A stretch of DNA of 64,000 nucleotides, from contig CM035353.1 in assembly GCA_020137815.1 (NCBI GenBank), positions 7,626,001-7,690,000 of the forward strand. The letters run 5' to 3'. The number at the start of each line of letters is the position of its first letter. The stretch's first letter is position 1. Under the pieces are notes generated by a model. That model was not told where the DNA came from and did no database searches. It saw nothing but the letters and a program-made list of their open reading frames with translations. The stretch comes from Hormiphora californensis (Eukaryota; Animalia; Ctenophora). Of this stretch, positions 61,803 through 64,000 are shown piece after piece. Position numbers and translations under genes: made by a program.

Positions 61803-62727
61803 TTGTTACAAGCTTTTGAGAGACTGTGAATGAAATAATTTTATGTTTTTACTGAGTTGAATTTTAACTCCTGAAACCCTGAGTATTTGAGTGGACAGTC
61901 CGGTAAACAAGGTTGCCCCTTTCTCTCACTCCTCAAGGAACACTGGTCACACAATGAGGTGTGAAGCCTCCATTGCGGATAAAGACGTAACGCGCCGTGA
62001 CATAGCCACTTACAAACCCAACCAAACTTCGCGCTCAATGTTCACTCACAATACGCGCGTCATGTTACACTCAGTGCGCGTTAATTAGCGCCGATACCCC
62101 TGCAGAAAGAGCTGTGTCGATGGCGCGTTACGTTAAGTGATGTTGAATGTTGAGCAATCACTAATAACACATCGTCATCACCGAATTCCTCTCAAATGTT
62201 CCAGAACTATAGACCATGAGTCTCTTTCTCTCCCAGCGAGAGAGAGAAAGGGACTCAGCGCCATAGTTACCACATACCCGGGTTGGTATGGAGGTTTGCT
62301 GAGCGTACCCCATGGTTTAGTGACAAACAAACAAACAAACAAACAATCGTCATCACACCCAATGAGAGAGAAAATAAAAATAAGGGATTTGGTTGTCAGA
62401 AATCAACAAAAGAAAGATGTGACATATTTGTACAATTTCAAATAATCAAGTTAAAAGCTCAACAACTGTACCATACGTTGTAACAGATTTATAATTGTAA
62501 CACTCTCACATCTAGATAAAAGAATAGTTAACGTATACCAGACACGTTAATCACTGAAGCTTTAGTGTTGCCGAAGCAGGCATAAAAAGTTTTTAACTTG
62601 TAAAATAAACATCACTTTCATCAAATTGTCATTTGCTCGACCCTCTCTGTCAGTAGGGCTAGAACAACTAACTAATTATCTTGTCTCTCTGAGTACAACA
62701 ACTAACTAATATGGATCAAGACACCTC

Positions 62728-64000
62728 TTAATACCTCATACCTGGTTTTTTGAACACCAAATCATCTTCATCATCACTACTGTCATAGTCTTTCAACAGT
62801 TTCTGGAACCCTGACCTGTCTACCCCGTCCCTGGACTGGCCTCCACCCCTACACCTTACCACTACAACTATAGCTAGATAGGTGACTGGGAACATCCCTA
62901 CAATAGCCAGTAAGATAACTACAGAGACTGGGATCTGAGTACTGGATATCTTCCGTAGTATTGTCTTAGTAAGAGAGTTATCTTTAGTATCAGGGGTAGG
63001 AGGGGCAACTGAGGATGGGATAAATCTCCATACTTTATAGGGAGCTGCTATCTCTCCGGCAAATAACCCAAAGCTTTTCAGGTGTGTTATGGAGTGAGGT
63101 GTGTTCAGTGGAGAAGGGGAGGAAGGGGATGCTGCCTTGATCGTACCTGGAACAATATATGGTGTTATTTTGTGATTATATCCCTCTCTTATCAAGCTAT
63201 GTCATCTCTTTCACCCCCAGTTTCTGTATTACCATTCTATTACCTGTTGCAGGATCGATAGTCATTATTTTGCTCTCCCTATACCCCCCATCAGTGACGT
63301 TAACAGCAAAGAGTGCTGGAGGGTCAGTAGAGAAATCGACGCTATATACTGATCCAGGAATAGGGTAGACCCTGGTAAAGTTACCAGATATGTAGTTCAG
63401 TACATGGACCTGTAGGGGGACACGGGGGTGTGTGTTAGGAGGATGATAAAGATAGTTAGGAAGGATTAGAAGAGATTTAAGTATGATATATTCACCAGGA
63501 ACCGACCGAAACAAGTAAACAACCAATTAGAACTCGTTATTTAGGTCACGTGACTGGTAATCAGCCAATCAGGGACCAGTATTTCCTGATTCGGTCGGTT
63601 CCTGATATTCACCTGTCCGTTTTCCCTATCAGCAACATGTATCTCATGGTGTATAGGGTCGATGGTCAGGTCGTGTACCAACCCCATGATACCAGGCTGA
63701 AATTAGGTGTCAGCATTAGGTGTCAGCATTAGGTATCAGCACTCACCATTAGGTGTCAGCATTAGGTGTCAGCATTAGGTGTCAGCATTAGATGGCAGCA
63801 TTAGGTGTCAGCATTAGGTGTCAGCATTAGGTGTCAGCATTAGGTGTCAGCATTAGGTGTCAGCATTAGGTGTCAGCATTAGGTGTCAGCATTAGGTGTC
63901 AGCATTAGGTGTTAGCACAGTGTTGGAACTACACATCAGTGAGAGGTATAAATTGAAACATTACCTTTCCCTTCTCTGTCCCTGATTCTCCATACTGAGC
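62728..64000 (-). CDS. Peptidyl-alpha-hydroxyglycine alpha-amidating lyase / PAM-like type I membrane protein, 3' part
   Basis: Exons read AQYGESGTEKGK | PGIMGLVHDLTIDPIHHEIHVADRENGQ | VHVLN..VYSVDF..LFAVN | ..NTPHSIT..FAGEIAAPYKVWRF (NHL repeats with the PAL VADRENG motif). A hydrophobic TM segment follows, then the tail GFQKLLKDYDSSDDEDD resembling the PAM cytosolic GFDRL-acidic motif. The 5' end is outside the window. Confidence 0.8.
63496..63604 (+). mobile_element. 109-bp hAT-type MITE, copy 7
   Basis: TIRs present and 8-bp TSD ATATTCAC. Confidence 0.9.
63702..63916. repeat. 13-bp intronic minisatellite (TTAGGTGTCAGCA)n; on the minus strand each unit carries a branch-like CTAAT before the acceptor
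   Basis: Direct reading. Confidence 0.9.

Overview
AT-rich, intron-rich animal genomic DNA, not prokaryotic. The 109-bp CAGGAACCGACCGAA MITE resembles one I recall from Pleurobrachia ctenophore gene models, but the taxon is unverified. Bases 1-22 kb are a transposon graveyard: a Kolobok-type transposase relic, a ~10 kb element with long TIRs, Merlin-, MULE- and Harbinger-like MITEs and a LINE endonuclease fragment. About 7.4-14.4 kb looks like poorly polished long-read sequence. The rest holds five genes. A multi-exon ninein-family gene (+, 22817-46024) carries an antisense orphan gene nested in one intron (-, 41883-43869). An intronless U1-70K/SNRNP70 ORF (+, 48786-49993) is followed by CCAR1 (+, 51621-61802) and the 3' part of a PAM/PAL-type amidating enzyme (-, 62728 to window end). 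The top finding is that the U1-70K start codon overlaps a 5' splice site perfectly complementary to U1 snRNA (G|GTAAGTATG), while the CCAR1 ATG sits 1 nt after an acceptor AG. The whole U1-70K ORF may therefore be an intron of a shared U1-70K/CCAR1 transcript, a candidate U1-sensing autoregulatory switch. The second theme is repeated tandem duplication of exon-intron junctions, giving arrays of up to 59 splice donors.
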